Positions 10,599 to 19,770 of a stretch of 64,000 nucleotides of DNA are shown piece after piece (position 1 is the stretch's first letter; each line of letters begins with the position of its first letter). The stretch is from Candidatus Saccharibacteria bacterium UBA2952 (GTDB lineage Bacteria > Patescibacteriota > Saccharimonadia > Saccharimonadales > Saccharimonadaceae): positions 78,715 through 142,714 of the forward strand of contig DEBQ01000006.1 of the NCBI GenBank assembly GCA_002348605.1, read 5' to 3'. Made by a program: the position numbers and the translations under genes. The notes below the pieces were generated by a model. That model made no database searches, was not told where the DNA came from, and saw only the letters and a program-made list of their open reading frames with translations.

Positions 10599-10599
10599 C

Positions 10600-10887
10600 A
10601 TGCAAAAACCGCTTATTGACGTAGTGAAGCGCGGCGGTGCACGCGCAACCGAACGGTTCGACCGTGAAAAGCTGCACGCCAGCGTGCTCGCGGCTTGTCT
10701 AAGCGTCCGCAGTCCCCACGGCATGGCTGAAACAGCGGCATCGTCAGTGTGCAGCGTGGTACTTGGCTGGTGTGAGACACGCCCTGAAATCACATCAGAT
10801 GACCTTAGACGAGTTGCTTCGCGGCACCTTGAACTGATTCATCCCGAAGCCGCGTACCTATACAAACATCACCGGCTTGTGCTGTAA
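10600..10887 (+). CDS. Stand-alone ATP-cone domain protein
   Basis: 95 aa from ATG at 10600 (the track ORF from 10438 overlaps the preceding gene); VVKRGGARATERFDREKLHASV matches the ATP-cone pattern; no zinc ribbon. Confidence 0.7.
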   Translation: MQKPLIDVVKRGGARATERFDREKLHASVLAACLSVRSPHGMAETAASSVCSVVLGWCETRPEITSDDLRRVASRHLELIHPEAAYLYKHHRLVL

Positions 10888-10898
10888 GGAGTAATTTT

Positions 10899-12275
10899 AT
10901 GGCTAAGAAAGTACGATTCGACTTCGACCTCATCGTCATTGGCAGCGGCGCTGGTGGTAGCGCGGCAGCAAGCATCGCTGCTCGGCGCGGTCTTCGCGTA
11001 GCTATTGTCGAAGCCGACACGTTCGGTGGCGATTCGCCAAATTGGAGCGACGTTCCAACCAAGTCATTGCTGCACGCGGCACATCTGTACGACGAAGCCC
11101 GCGAAGGTTCACGGTTCGGGCTGCGTTCGGGCACACTTGGTTACAATTACCCCAGCTTACGCGCTTGGAAAGATCTGGCTGTTAAGCGTACGGGTGCCGG
11201 CGGTAACCGCAAGTTCTACGAAAACGAAGGTATTGCCACGTTCAACTCCCCTGCCCACTTTTTGAGCCCGAATGAAATCAGCGTTAACCGGCGGCACCTA
11301 TCGGCCGAATACTTTGTCATTGCTACTGGTTCACACTGGGTCATGCCCGACGTTCCAGGTCTCATGGACGCCGGCTACCTAACACCGCGCACTTTGCTTG
11401 AATCAATTCGGCCACCCAAAAGCCTGTTTATCATTGGCGGTGGCACGAACGGTGTCGAGATCGCGCAGATGATGGCGATCTTTGGCACGAAGGTTTACTT
11501 GTCCGAAGTGGCCGCCCGCCTGCTTCCGAAAGAAGACGAAGAAGTCGGCATACTCATGGAACGGCTGCTTAGCGAAGACAAAGGTGTTAGCGTACTCACC
11601 CAGACGCGTATTTTGAGCGTGCAGCGTCAAGCGCTTCGTAAAAAAGTAACTTTTACCCGCGGGGGTGTTGAACGGACCGTACAGGTCGACGAGATTTTAA
11701 TCGCAACTGGGCGTCGTCCGAATGTCGACCTTGGACTTGAAAACGCCAGTGTTGCGTACACCCCTAAAGGTATCGAGGTCAATTCGCATCTGCAAACCAG
11801 CTCTCGTCATATTTATGCCGCCGGTGACGTATTGGGTCACAGCAGCCACACGCACACCGCTCTGCTTGAAAGCCGCGTGGCCGCGCATAACATTTTGAAC
11901 AAACAAAAGATCTCGCCGGACTACACTGCTACCCCTCGACTTACGTTCAGTTACCCTGGCGTCGCATCAGTCGGGCTTTCCGAAGACGACTGTATTAAGC
12001 GTGATTTGACCATCAAAAAATCAATCGCACCGCTTAATATGATTGCCCGCAGCAATACCAGCGACTTCCGTGACGGGTTCGTAAAAGTCATTACCGACAA
12101 GAACGGCGTACTGCTTGGCGCGACGGTCGTTGCACCACATGCTGCCGAAATCATTCATGAGCTGGCGCTTGCCGTTAAATACAAGCTGACAGCCGCCCAG
12201 GTGTCAGCCACCCCTCATGCCTTCCTTAGCTGGAGCGAAGCGGTACGTGTTGCCACCGGCCGCATCAGTTCGTAA
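10899..12275 (+). CDS. FAD/NAD(P)-binding pyridine nucleotide-disulfide oxidoreductase family protein lacking the redox cysteine pair
   Basis: 458 aa; GSGAGG and GGGTNGVE dinucleotide folds plus a dimerisation domain. The segment aligned to GGTCLNVGCIPSK reads GGDSPNWSDVPTK. Confidence 0.85.
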   Translation: MAKKVRFDFDLIVIGSGAGGSAAASIAARRGLRVAIVEADTFGGDSPNWSDVPTKSLLHAAHLYDEAREGSRFGLRSGTLGYNYPSLRAWKDLAVKRTGAGGNRKFYENEGIATFNSPAHFLSPNEISVNRRHLSAEYFVIATGSHWVMPDVPGLMDAGYLTPRTLLESIRPPKSLFIIGGGTNGVEIAQMMAIFGTKVYLSEVAARLLPKEDEEVGILMERLLSEDKGVSVLTQTRILSVQRQALRKKVTFTRGGVERTVQVDEILIATGRRPNVDLGLENASVAYTPKGIEVNSHLQTSSRHIYAAGDVLGHSSHTHTALLESRVAAHNILNKQKISPDYTATPRLTFSYPGVASVGLSEDDCIKRDLTIKKSIAPLNMIARSNTSDFRDGFVKVITDKNGVLLGATVVAPHAAEIIHELALAVKYKLTAAQVSATPHAFLSWSEAVRVATGRISS

Positions 12276-12356
12276 TCTTTTATCCTGCTGTTTCTTGCCA
12301 TAATCGCACTGCCCTATTACAATGGTTACTATACAAGTTATAGTAACGGAGGGACC

Positions 12357-13295
12357 ATGAAGGCAGCACGGATTAACGAATATGGAAACGCAGACGTCGT
12401 ACAAATCGCAGAAATTGATACGCCAATCGCAGGCGATGGCCAGCTGTTGGTAGAGGTCCGTGCGTCAAGCATTAACCCATTCGACAAAACTATCCGCGAA
12501 GGCTACATGAAAGACGCGATTCCGCTTGAACTACCGGTCACACTAGGCGGCGACATTGCTGGCGACGTGGTCGAGATTGGCGACGGCGTCGATGGCTTCG
12601 CCATCGGCGACAAAGTATACGGCCAAGCCAATGTGGTCGCTGGAAACAGCGGCGCATTCGCCGAATTCACAGCTGCTAAGGCCGGTGGACTTGCAGCCAT
12701 GCCGTCTAACTTAGACTACCTGGAAGCCGCTTCCCTGCCGCTCGTAGGAGTCAGCGCGCTGCAAGCTCTAACCGAACACATTAACCTGCAGCCAAGTCAA
12801 AAGCTGTTCATTCACGGCGGTGGTGGTGGGATTGGCTCAATCGCTATTCAGGTCGCTAAAAACATTGGCGCATACGTGGCAACCACCGCAACCGGCGAAC
12901 AAATCGACATGGTGAAAAAACTTGGTGCCGACGAAGTCATCGACTTTACGTCCGAAGATTTTTCTACTAAGTTGTCTGGTTTCGATGCCGTGTTCGACAC
13001 AGTCGGTGGTGACGAGTTTGCAAAAACTTTCACCATTCTAAAAAGTGGTGGCACTGCCGTTTCAATGATCGCTGCACCAGACGAAGCCAAAGCGACCGAG
13101 CTCGGCATTACCGCCCTTATGCAACAAACCCACGTCAACACCGACCGGCTGAACAAGCTACGAAGCCTGATTGAAGACGGCGTAGTTGCCCCGCAAGTCG
13201 ATAAAGTCTTTTCGCTCGACGAAATTCAAGCCGCCTTCAAGGCAAAAGAAGAGGGCTTGGTGCGCGGCAAGATTGTGCTAAAAATCAAAGACTAG
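12357..13295 (+). CDS. Medium-chain dehydrogenase/reductase, NADPH:quinone oxidoreductase-like
   Basis: 312 aa; GGGGGIGS nucleotide-binding loop and typical MDR N- and C-terminal layout; GGAGGG SD. Confidence 0.85.
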   Translation: MKAARINEYGNADVVQIAEIDTPIAGDGQLLVEVRASSINPFDKTIREGYMKDAIPLELPVTLGGDIAGDVVEIGDGVDGFAIGDKVYGQANVVAGNSGAFAEFTAAKAGGLAAMPSNLDYLEAASLPLVGVSALQALTEHINLQPSQKLFIHGGGGGIGSIAIQVAKNIGAYVATTATGEQIDMVKKLGADEVIDFTSEDFSTKLSGFDAVFDTVGGDEFAKTFTILKSGGTAVSMIAAPDEAKATELGITALMQQTHVNTDRLNKLRSLIEDGVVAPQVDKVFSLDEIQAAFKAKEEGLVRGKIVLKIKD

Positions 13296-13876
13296 TTTGT
13301 TCCGAACTTGATAACCATCATGGCGATAATGGCCAGCGCCCATGCGACTGCAACGACCGTATCGCCACCGGCTTTCACGAATGCACCAAGCTTGCGACGA
13401 GTCCGGTCACCTACCGGTAGCTTGTCGTACTGCAAACGGAACCATGCCCAGTTCATCGCGATGACCGCTGCGTAGCAGAACAAACAGAAAATGCAGATGT
13501 ATCCGATAACGTAGGTGCTTTGCCATAAATACCAGGCACCAAACCCCAAAAAGAATACGGCAAAAAAGTGGAACGTATGACGCAGGGTTTTATGTAGGCC
13601 CGTGCCGTTAGCTGCTGCTAAAGCAACCCCGGCCGTCAGCGCGAAGAACATCATACAAATTAGCGAATTCGAAAACCCGAAGACCGATGATTGCCACGCG
13701 GCAAATACGTTGCTACAGCTAAAAATTGCGTTAATGTCACACGTTAATCTGGTAACGGGATGCTCAGCGTACTGTATGCGCTCTATCGTTTGTATTAATG
13801 AAGCCGCGAGCCCTACCAAAGACGCCCCAGCAATTGTCCACCACATATATCTTTCTGTTCGTTTCATGGTTACCAT
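13292..13876 (-). CDS. Vitamin K epoxide reductase (VKOR) family protein
   Basis: 4-TM protein with a loop cysteine pair (CDINAIFSC) and CIFC (CxxC) in a TM helix. Start moved to ATG 13876, which has AGGAG 5 nt upstream. Confidence 0.8.
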   Translation of the reverse strand: MVTMKRTERYMWWTIAGASLVGLAASLIQTIERIQYAEHPVTRLTCDINAIFSCSNVFAAWQSSVFGFSNSLICMMFFALTAGVALAAANGTGLHKTLRHTFHFFAVFFLGFGAWYLWQSTYVIGYICIFCLFCYAAVIAMNWAWFRLQYDKLPVGDRTRRKLGAFVKAGGDTVVAVAWALAIIAMMVIKFGTN

Positions 13877-13990
13877 TTTACTCCTGCCACATGGTATCGT
13901 GTGTGATTTTTGACGACGGCTGTTCATTTAGACCAAAGCCTTAGATAAAACCAAAGAAATAACGGCCACCAAATGGTGACCGTGATTTCT

Positions 13991-14068
13991 TGGTTGCGGG
14001 GAGAGGATTTGAACCTCTGACCTCGTGGTTATGAGCCACGCGAGCTGACCAGACTGCTCCACCCCGCG
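13991..14068 (-). tRNA. Initiator tRNA-fMet (CAU), CCA encoded
   Basis: 5' CGCGGGGTGGAGCAG.. and 3' ..CCCCGCAACCA give a C1-A72 mismatch. Near-identical ends to E. coli tRNA-fMet. Only two (29-41, 30-40) of the usual three consecutive G-C pairs next to the anticodon loop are kept. Confidence 0.9.
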
Positions 14069-14098
14069 GCAATGCTTAGCTATTCTAACAGAGATGGC

Positions 14099-14542
14099 TT
14101 ACCGGTGCAAGCTGCGGTACGCGCCGCCGAACAGGAAGTTCACCCATGCCTGGAAATTGCTTTCCTGCACTGGCCGTGGCGCTGTGTCTGCTGCTTGGGT
14201 TTCATTGGCCGACGCGGCTGCGGTATTCGGCGGCAAAATCAATACTTTTTCGCCGGGACTGACCAGCCCAAGTTTTTCACGAACGGCAAGTTCCCTGTAT
14301 TCATCACTTTTATAATAGTTGCGTTCGTACTGAAGTTTTTGTGTCTCCAATTTTGCAAGTTGCAATAGCCGCTGCTTGTAATCGACTTCTTTTTGAAGCG
14401 CATAGTTACGCTCCATTGCCTGCACCGACCCCCATGCCCAGCTGGCCGCAACCAATAGACCAATCACCACGACAAGGTTATTCGTGGTGAAGTAATGGTG
14501 GCGTACATGGTAGTACAGTCGGTTGAGGTTTCTATTTTGCAT
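14099..14542 (-). CDS. FtsB/DivIC-like septum formation initiator
   Basis: Single N-terminal TM followed by a coiled coil (ALQKEVDYKQRLLQLAKLETQKLQYE..EKLGLVSPGEKV). Start taken at MQNRN; the track ORF extends to 14572. Confidence 0.6.
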   Translation of the reverse strand: MQNRNLNRLYYHVRHHYFTTNNLVVVIGLLVAASWAWGSVQAMERNYALQKEVDYKQRLLQLAKLETQKLQYERNYYKSDEYRELAVREKLGLVSPGEKVLILPPNTAAASANETQAADTAPRPVQESNFQAWVNFLFGGAYRSLHR

Positions 14543-14597
14543 GGTGGCTTTAGCGCCTTCTCTTGGACGCATTATAGCCCACCTCGGTTAATTACGC

Positions 14598-14603
14598 TAT
14601 AAT
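14598..14603 (+). promoter_or_regulatory. TATAAT -10 box 15 nt upstream of a tRNA gene
   Basis: cgcTATAATagc directly precedes the tRNA 5' end at 14618. Confidence 0.5.
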
Positions 14604-14617
14604 AGCTCGGTAGCCTC

Positions 14618-14693
14618 GGGGGTGTAGCTCAGGGGTTAGAGCAGCGGGCTCATAACCTGTTGGTCGATGGTTCGATCCCATCCACCCCCACCA
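14618..14693 (+). tRNA. tRNA with CAU anticodon (elongator Met or Ile2), CCA encoded
   Basis: GGGGGTG-TA-GCTC-AGGGGTTA-GAGC-A-GCGGG-CTCATAA-CCTGT-TGGTC-GATGG-TTCGATC-CCATC-CACCCCC-A-CCA. Confidence 0.9.
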
Positions 14694-14700
14694 AATTGAT

Positions 14701-15345
14701 TTATTTGCTTGCGTATTCGGCAAGCTTTTTTCGTAGGTATCGGCGGCGAGCCTGCCGCAGGCGGTCTTTTTCAGGGCTACCGTAGTAACGGTTGCGGTAA
14801 GCATTTAACATCATGGTTCGGGCGTCGAACTCGATTTCTTCTTTGTCGCCAATACCGGCTTCAATAAGCTCTCTGGCATGATAGACATCAAGCGAGTCAC
14901 GGTTCACCATACGACGGTGATTGCGACGTGCGCCTTCGGCGACGTTCGGCAGCTGCGGACCATAACGGTCAAGTATTTCTGGGTGGGTACGGTGAGCAAC
15001 TTCAAAGCCGCCTGGAACACCGCGCTTTTTGCCACCACGTTGGTTAGCGCCACTAATAAGATTCATTAGGTCGAGTTCGTCCTGGTATCGCTGCTCAAGC
15101 GTCACGTACACACCAGGGGCACGCATACCATCGTTAATGACGGCCTGTTCGCGAGCACGCTTGGCGTCAGCTTGGAATTCGGCCGAGTTTTCGATTTCTT
15201 GCATGCGTCGAGCATGCGCTAAGTTGTCCATACCCTGAACGATCGATTCGTTCGCGACTGGAAGGTCTGAGTAATCCTCAACAGGAACAATTTCGCCTTC
15301 GTTGTCGACGCCGAAATTATGAGACCGTTCGTTGAGGTGGTTCAT
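14701..15345 (-). CDS. Hypothetical protein with arginine-rich C-terminus
   Basis: 214 aa ORF with coding-like composition and its own full promoter; no motif recognised. Confidence 0.6.
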   Translation of the reverse strand: MNHLNERSHNFGVDNEGEIVPVEDYSDLPVANESIVQGMDNLAHARRMQEIENSAEFQADAKRAREQAVINDGMRAPGVYVTLEQRYQDELDLMNLISGANQRGGKKRGVPGGFEVAHRTHPEILDRYGPQLPNVAEGARRNHRRMVNRDSLDVYHARELIEAGIGDKEEIEFDARTMMLNAYRNRYYGSPEKDRLRQARRRYLRKKLAEYASK

Positions 15346-15351
15346 ACCTCA

Positions 15352-15380
15352 ATATTACCATAAACGGTATAAATTGTCAA
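15352..15380 (-). promoter_or_regulatory. Consensus promoter TTGACA-N17-TAATAT placed 6 nt from the ATG (leaderless arrangement)
   Basis: rc 15375-15380 is TTGACA, rc 15352-15357 is TAATAT with TGG upstream; ATG at 15345. Confidence 0.7.
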
Positions 15381-16487
15381 CTACTCCCAGCGGAAGACCT
15401 TGAAGGCAATGACATAGATAACTACCAGCCAAAGAGCTGTAAGTCCGAGTTCTGGTCCAATTTCGACTAGGTTTCGGCCTTCGGTAACGACGAACCGCAG
15501 TGCATCGACGATGGGCGTAAGCGGCAATACACCTGAGATACCCTGCAGCCATTCCGGCATTAGGAAACGTGGGAAGAACGTGCCCGACAGGAACATCATT
15601 GGGAAAGTGATCAGATTGCCGAGCGGTGCTGCCTGGTTTTCGTTCTTAGCCCATCCGCCAATTGCCAGACCGACACCGAACATGGTAGCCGTGCCCAGAA
15701 GTACCACTACCAGGATAGTAAAGTAATCGCCGCGCATATTGAGGTCGAAGAACGTCAGTGCCACTGCGAACATGAGTGCCACCGAAAGTACCCCAATGAA
15801 CATTTGGCTAAGAACGTTGGCTAAGAAATACTGCCACACACGCAGGGTCGTTGTGTGGTACCGTCGCAGAATTCCCTGTTGTTTCATGCGGGGGAACACG
15901 CTGGTCGGCCCGAAGATACCAAGGCTTAGGATGGTGAAACCAAGTAATCCTGAGAACGTGTAGTCAAACTGGTTCAACCCCTGCTCCTTTGATACCGTCA
16001 GTTTGGCCGTGAAAGGTGACGGAGCTTTGGTGAGGTCTTGGTTAACCCCATTGAAGATGGCGTCGAAGATTGATTTTAAGGTCGCCCCTGCCTGGGCAGA
16101 GTTTTGGTCAACAACAATTTCAGCCTGCCCGCTTGGGTATTGCTGGTTAGCTTTTACCGTGCCGAACGATTCGGGCAGTTTAATAATCGCGTCGACTTCG
16201 CCGCGTTTCATTTTTTCGCGTGCATCCGCCTCCGTTTTGATGTCTTTATTTACTTTGATCAGGTCGTCTTTTTGGGCGTTTTTTACAAATTCTTTGGAAA
16301 ATGAGTTGTCTGACTTGTTAAGTAGTGCCACGTTGAACGATGGGCCGTTTGAACCGCCGAATATGCCGCCGAATACGAACAAAAAGATAAGTGGAAATAC
16401 GAAAACGAAGAACAGTGCCGTCTTGTCACGGAACGAACGCTTAATATCGATAAGGGCGAATACCAGAATAGGACGGAGTTGTTTCAT
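15381..16487 (-). CDS. ABC-2 type transporter permease
   Basis: 368 aa; N-terminal TM, large extracytoplasmic loop, then a 5-TM C-terminal bundle; adjacent to the ATPase gene. Confidence 0.8.
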   Translation of the reverse strand: MKQLRPILVFALIDIKRSFRDKTALFFVFVFPLIFLFVFGGIFGGSNGPSFNVALLNKSDNSFSKEFVKNAQKDDLIKVNKDIKTEADAREKMKRGEVDAIIKLPESFGTVKANQQYPSGQAEIVVDQNSAQAGATLKSIFDAIFNGVNQDLTKAPSPFTAKLTVSKEQGLNQFDYTFSGLLGFTILSLGIFGPTSVFPRMKQQGILRRYHTTTLRVWQYFLANVLSQMFIGVLSVALMFAVALTFFDLNMRGDYFTILVVVLLGTATMFGVGLAIGGWAKNENQAAPLGNLITFPMMFLSGTFFPRFLMPEWLQGISGVLPLTPIVDALRFVVTEGRNLVEIGPELGLTALWLVVIYVIAFKVFRWE

Positions 16488-16488
16488 A

Positions 16489-17235
16489 TTAGTCCCGTAG
16501 CGCCTTTCCGGTTAAATCAATAAAGACGTCTTCTAGGTTAGCCTGCTGAACTGTCTGCTCCTTTTTGAAGCCTTTTTTAAGTAGGTTTTTGACCAAATTC
16601 TTAGGGCTGTCGAGTGCGATAATCTTGCCATTGTCCATAACGGCAATCCGGTCACAAAGCAGTTCAGCTTCGTCCATGTAGTGGGTGGTAATGACAACCG
16701 TGACACCATGTTTTTGAATTTGTCGCACTAGATCCCACAGGTTGCGGCGCGCTTGCGGGTCGAGGCCCGTGGTCGGTTCGTCTAAAAAGAAAACCTTTGG
16801 CTCATGGACCAGCGCAGCAGCGATTGAAAAGCGTTGTCGCTGACCACCCGAGAGTTGCTCGACATAGCTGTTTGCTTTGTCTTCAAGCTGCACGGACGCT
16901 AGGTGCTTATGAGTATCGACACTCAGGCCGTAGGCGGCCGCGAATAACTGCAAAAGCTCTGTCAGCTTAGTTTTGTCTTGAAAACTAGGACTTTGCGGCT
17001 GCACACCGATAATCGAGCGAATGTCGTATGGTCGCTTTGCGACATCAATACCAGCTATTGTGGCGGTGCCGCCGTCAATGGGACGCAGCGCTTCGAGCAT
17101 TTCGAGCGTCGTGGTTTTACCTGCCCCATTCGGTCCTAAGATTCCGAATACCTCGCCGGGTTTCACGTCAAAACTAATATTGTCGACGACATTGCGACCG
17201 CTATACGTTTTGACCAACCCCTCAACCTTTACCAT
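16489..17235 (-). CDS. ABC transporter ATP-binding protein
   Basis: Walker A GPNGAGKTT, signature LSGGQRQR, Walker B FFLDEP. Start taken at MVKVEGL, downstream of TGcTACAAT (17252-17260); the track ORF runs to 17295. Confidence 0.9.
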   Translation of the reverse strand: MVKVEGLVKTYSGRNVVDNISFDVKPGEVFGILGPNGAGKTTTLEMLEALRPIDGGTATIAGIDVAKRPYDIRSIIGVQPQSPSFQDKTKLTELLQLFAAAYGLSVDTHKHLASVQLEDKANSYVEQLSGGQRQRFSIAAALVHEPKVFFLDEPTTGLDPQARRNLWDLVRQIQKHGVTVVITTHYMDEAELLCDRIAVMDNGKIIALDSPKNLVKNLLKKGFKKEQTVQQANLEDVFIDLTGKALRD

Positions 17236-17474
17236 CGGTTCCACACTGTACATTGTAGCACTCGGCCCTGGGGCGTAAATGACAAAGATCAACAAAAAAG
17301 CCCCGCCGAGAGGGATGGGCTACTGCGGGCCACAACCCTCGTCGTACTGCGAGGCATTTTTGGCACCTGTTTGTTTGATACTACTGTAGCATTATTGCCG
17401 CTTATGTTTCAATGGTAATTTTTACCAGTTGAAACACAGAATGTTTTCAACAAGGTTTACCCTTATCTACCAAA

Positions 17475-17496
17475 GAAAAACCGCCCAAACGGGCGG
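17475..17496 (-). terminator. Rho-independent terminator of the 68-aa gene
   Basis: Minus-strand CCGCCC-GTTT-GGGCGG followed by TTTTT. Confidence 0.8.
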
Positions 17497-17516
17497 CATC
17501 TTATACATTTCAAATA

Positions 17517-17723
17517 CTATTTCTTTTTAGAAACAGTCAGGAAACCGTTGCGTGGGTTTTCCTTGACAACGCGGTCTTCAGGTAGGTCTACTGGGGTACC
17601 TTTAGCGTTCTTCTCTACCTTGGCAAAGAAGTAGATTGTTTGTGGCTTTCCACCGCGAAGGGTTACTTCGGTTTTGTGCAAGTAGTATGTGATGCCCTTC
17701 GAGTTTGTGTGCTTGTAAGCCAT
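17517..17723 (-). CDS. Small basic hypothetical protein
   Basis: 68 aa; TAGGAGGT SD upstream and a clean terminator downstream. Confidence 0.65.
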   Translation of the reverse strand: MAYKHTNSKGITYYLHKTEVTLRGGKPQTIYFFAKVEKNAKGTPVDLPEDRVVKENPRNGFLTVSKKK

Positions 17724-17791
17724 TGGTCTTATACCTCCTATTAGTTCTTACAAGAGTAAGCGTACGCCTAAGGGGTGGCCTCTGTCAACAC

Positions 17792-18418
17792 CTAAACGCG
17801 GGCATAGTGACGGTGGAGCAATGCCCGAAGCAGCGCCAAGGCCAGCAGACGCGCCACAATAACAATGGTCAGAAGTACGCAGATAAGCAGGCTGAAGCCG
17901 GCAAAATCAGGGGACCACGCCGGGCTTGAGAAGTCGTGACGGTAAAGCGCAGGGTTCGGCAAATTCGCTTTGTCAGGTTCGTTTGCACCGGCTGGATACT
18001 TGGCCAGCTCACTGGCGAAACACTGTACGTAGGCCTGAGAATAACCGCCAAACTGGGCTTTGCAGGCTTGGTCTGCCTTTTGGTTGATATTGTTGCCCGA
18101 ATCCCTGGCGCTCGCTGCTTCAATAGCAGCCTGGGTGTCGCGGCGGTACTGGGCTTCGAGGTAGATCGTGCCGCTATCGGCGTTCATATGGCCTGCCGTA
18201 TAGCGCTGTAGGTCGAACAAACGGGCCCGAATAGTTTCTTGGTCGCCGGTTTTGTCAGCACTGAACACGGCGGTACGACGTTCGATCATGCCGATATTAT
18301 TAAGGCGCAGGAACGTGGCGGTAATCAAGGCAAGCACCACCAATATCAGCACTAGCTGCCACGTCCGTACGCGTTGCAACCAGCCGATCCCGCGCCTGAT
18401 GTTCCGTTTGTCTGCCAC
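17792..18418 (-). CDS. Membrane-anchored hypothetical protein
   Basis: 208 aa with N- and C-terminal hydrophobic helices; GTG start. Confidence 0.55.
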   Translation of the reverse strand: MADKRNIRRGIGWLQRVRTWQLVLILVVLALITATFLRLNNIGMIERRTAVFSADKTGDQETIRARLFDLQRYTAGHMNADSGTIYLEAQYRRDTQAAIEAASARDSGNNINQKADQACKAQFGGYSQAYVQCFASELAKYPAGANEPDKANLPNPALYRHDFSSPAWSPDFAGFSLLICVLLTIVIVARLLALALLRALLHRHYARV

Positions 18419-18510
18419 CTGTTTAAAGCGTTACCTCACCCTATATAAACTGGCTTTAGTATAGCATGAGCGTCTTTGGTTCTTTAGGGTTGATTCTATA
18501 TACTTACGGT

Positions 18511-19770
18511 ATGAACATTTTCTTCTCGGGCATTGGCGGCGTTGGTCTTGGCCCCTTGGCCCAACTGGCCTATGACGCCGGCCATACTGTCAGCGGGAGC
18601 GACGCGGCAGCCGGTATGACGACCGAGGCGCTTACCAGCCAAGGTATTCCGGTGCATATCGGTCAAGGCGACGGATTCTTTGAGCAGTCACACCAAAAGC
18701 AGCCGATTGACCTGCTCGTTTACACGGCTGCCCTGCCACCAACCCATCCCGAATTGGTAAAGGCACATGAACTTGGCATTAGGGCAGTCAAGCGCGACGA
18801 ACTGTTGGCGCAAATCATTCAAGAAAAAAATCTGAAACTAGTCGCGGTCAGCGGCACACACGGCAAGACCACCACAACAGGCATGCTGGTGTGGGCACTC
18901 AAGCAGCTTGGAATACCCGTTAGTTACTCGATTGGCACGACTATCAGTTTTGGTCCAAGTGGCCACTACGAACCGGACAGCGAATACTTCGTGTACGAAT
19001 GCGACGAGTTTGACCGCAACTTTTTGCACTTTTCGCCGGAACTCGCGCTCGTTACGTCGCTAGGTTACGACCATAGCGATACTTACCCGACAAAAGAAAA
19101 TTACCGACAAGCGTTCAGCCAATTCCTGAAGCAATCGAAGCATGGCATTGGCTGGCGGCATGACTTGAAGCAGCTGCCTGATGTGCCGAGCGACACGTTA
19201 TGGCAGCTGCAGGACAATGAAGTCGCGCCAGTTAAGTTAGCTGGTGAGCATTACCGACTGAACGCAACCTTAGTATTGAAAGCGTTGGAATATTTGGGCT
19301 TCGACCACGATGCATCCCTGCTGGAATCTTTCCCCGGCACCAACAGGCGGTTTGAAAAACTAGGCGACAACCTGTACAGCGACTACGGTCATCACCCGAC
19401 CGAGATTGCGGCTACGTTACAGATGGCCCGCGAAGTATCTAATCGGGTCGTTCTGGTCTACCAGCCACACCAAAATATCCGTCAGTACGAAATTAAAGGG
19501 TTGTATCGTAACTGCTTCAAAGACGCCGAAAAAGTGTACTGGCTTCCGACCTACCTTAGCCGCGAAGACCCTGACCTGACCGTCCTAACTCCGCAGGAGC
19601 TGACGGCAGATATTAGCAACAAAGACGCCGTTCTCATCGCCGACATGGACGATGAGCTATGGACCATGCTTGAACTTCACCGAGCAAACGGCGACCTTGT
19701 GCTGGTCATGGGTGCCGGATCGGTTGACGGCTGGGTCCGGTCACGCCTGCAAAAACAACTGACCGATTAG
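18511..19770 (+). CDS. murC: Mur ligase family, UDP-N-acetylmuramate--L-alanine ligase-like
   Basis: IFFSGIGGVGLGPLA Rossmann N-terminus and the GTHGKTTTT P-loop. Start at ATG 18511, 6 nt after TATACT. Confidence 0.75.
   Translation: MNIFFSGIGGVGLGPLAQLAYDAGHTVSGSDAAAGMTTEALTSQGIPVHIGQGDGFFEQSHQKQPIDLLVYTAALPPTHPELVKAHELGIRAVKRDELLAQIIQEKNLKLVAVSGTHGKTTTTGMLVWALKQLGIPVSYSIGTTISFGPSGHYEPDSEYFVYECDEFDRNFLHFSPELALVTSLGYDHSDTYPTKENYRQAFSQFLKQSKHGIGWRHDLKQLPDVPSDTLWQLQDNEVAPVKLAGEHYRLNATLVLKALEYLGFDHDASLLESFPGTNRRFEKLGDNLYSDYGHHPTEIAATLQMAREVSNRVVLVYQPHQNIRQYEIKGLYRNCFKDAEKVYWLPTYLSREDPDLTVLTPQELTADISNKDAVLIADMDDELWTMLELHRANGDLVLVMGAGSVDGWVRSRLQKQLTD

Noticed and set aside
10438-10599. An N-terminal extension of the ATP-cone ORF as drawn in the track (start at 10438).
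   Set aside because: The extension overlaps the 3' end of the preceding membrane-protein gene in another frame. The ATP-cone homology only begins after the ATG at 10600.
17296-17360. A possible attenuator or riboswitch upstream of the ABC transporter operon (T-run plus hairpins).
   Set aside because: The stem preceding the U-run is weak (4-6 bp with a long loop). A TGcTACAAT promoter at 17252-17260 downstream of it better explains ABC gene expression. The element is more simply residual termination for the upstream gene.
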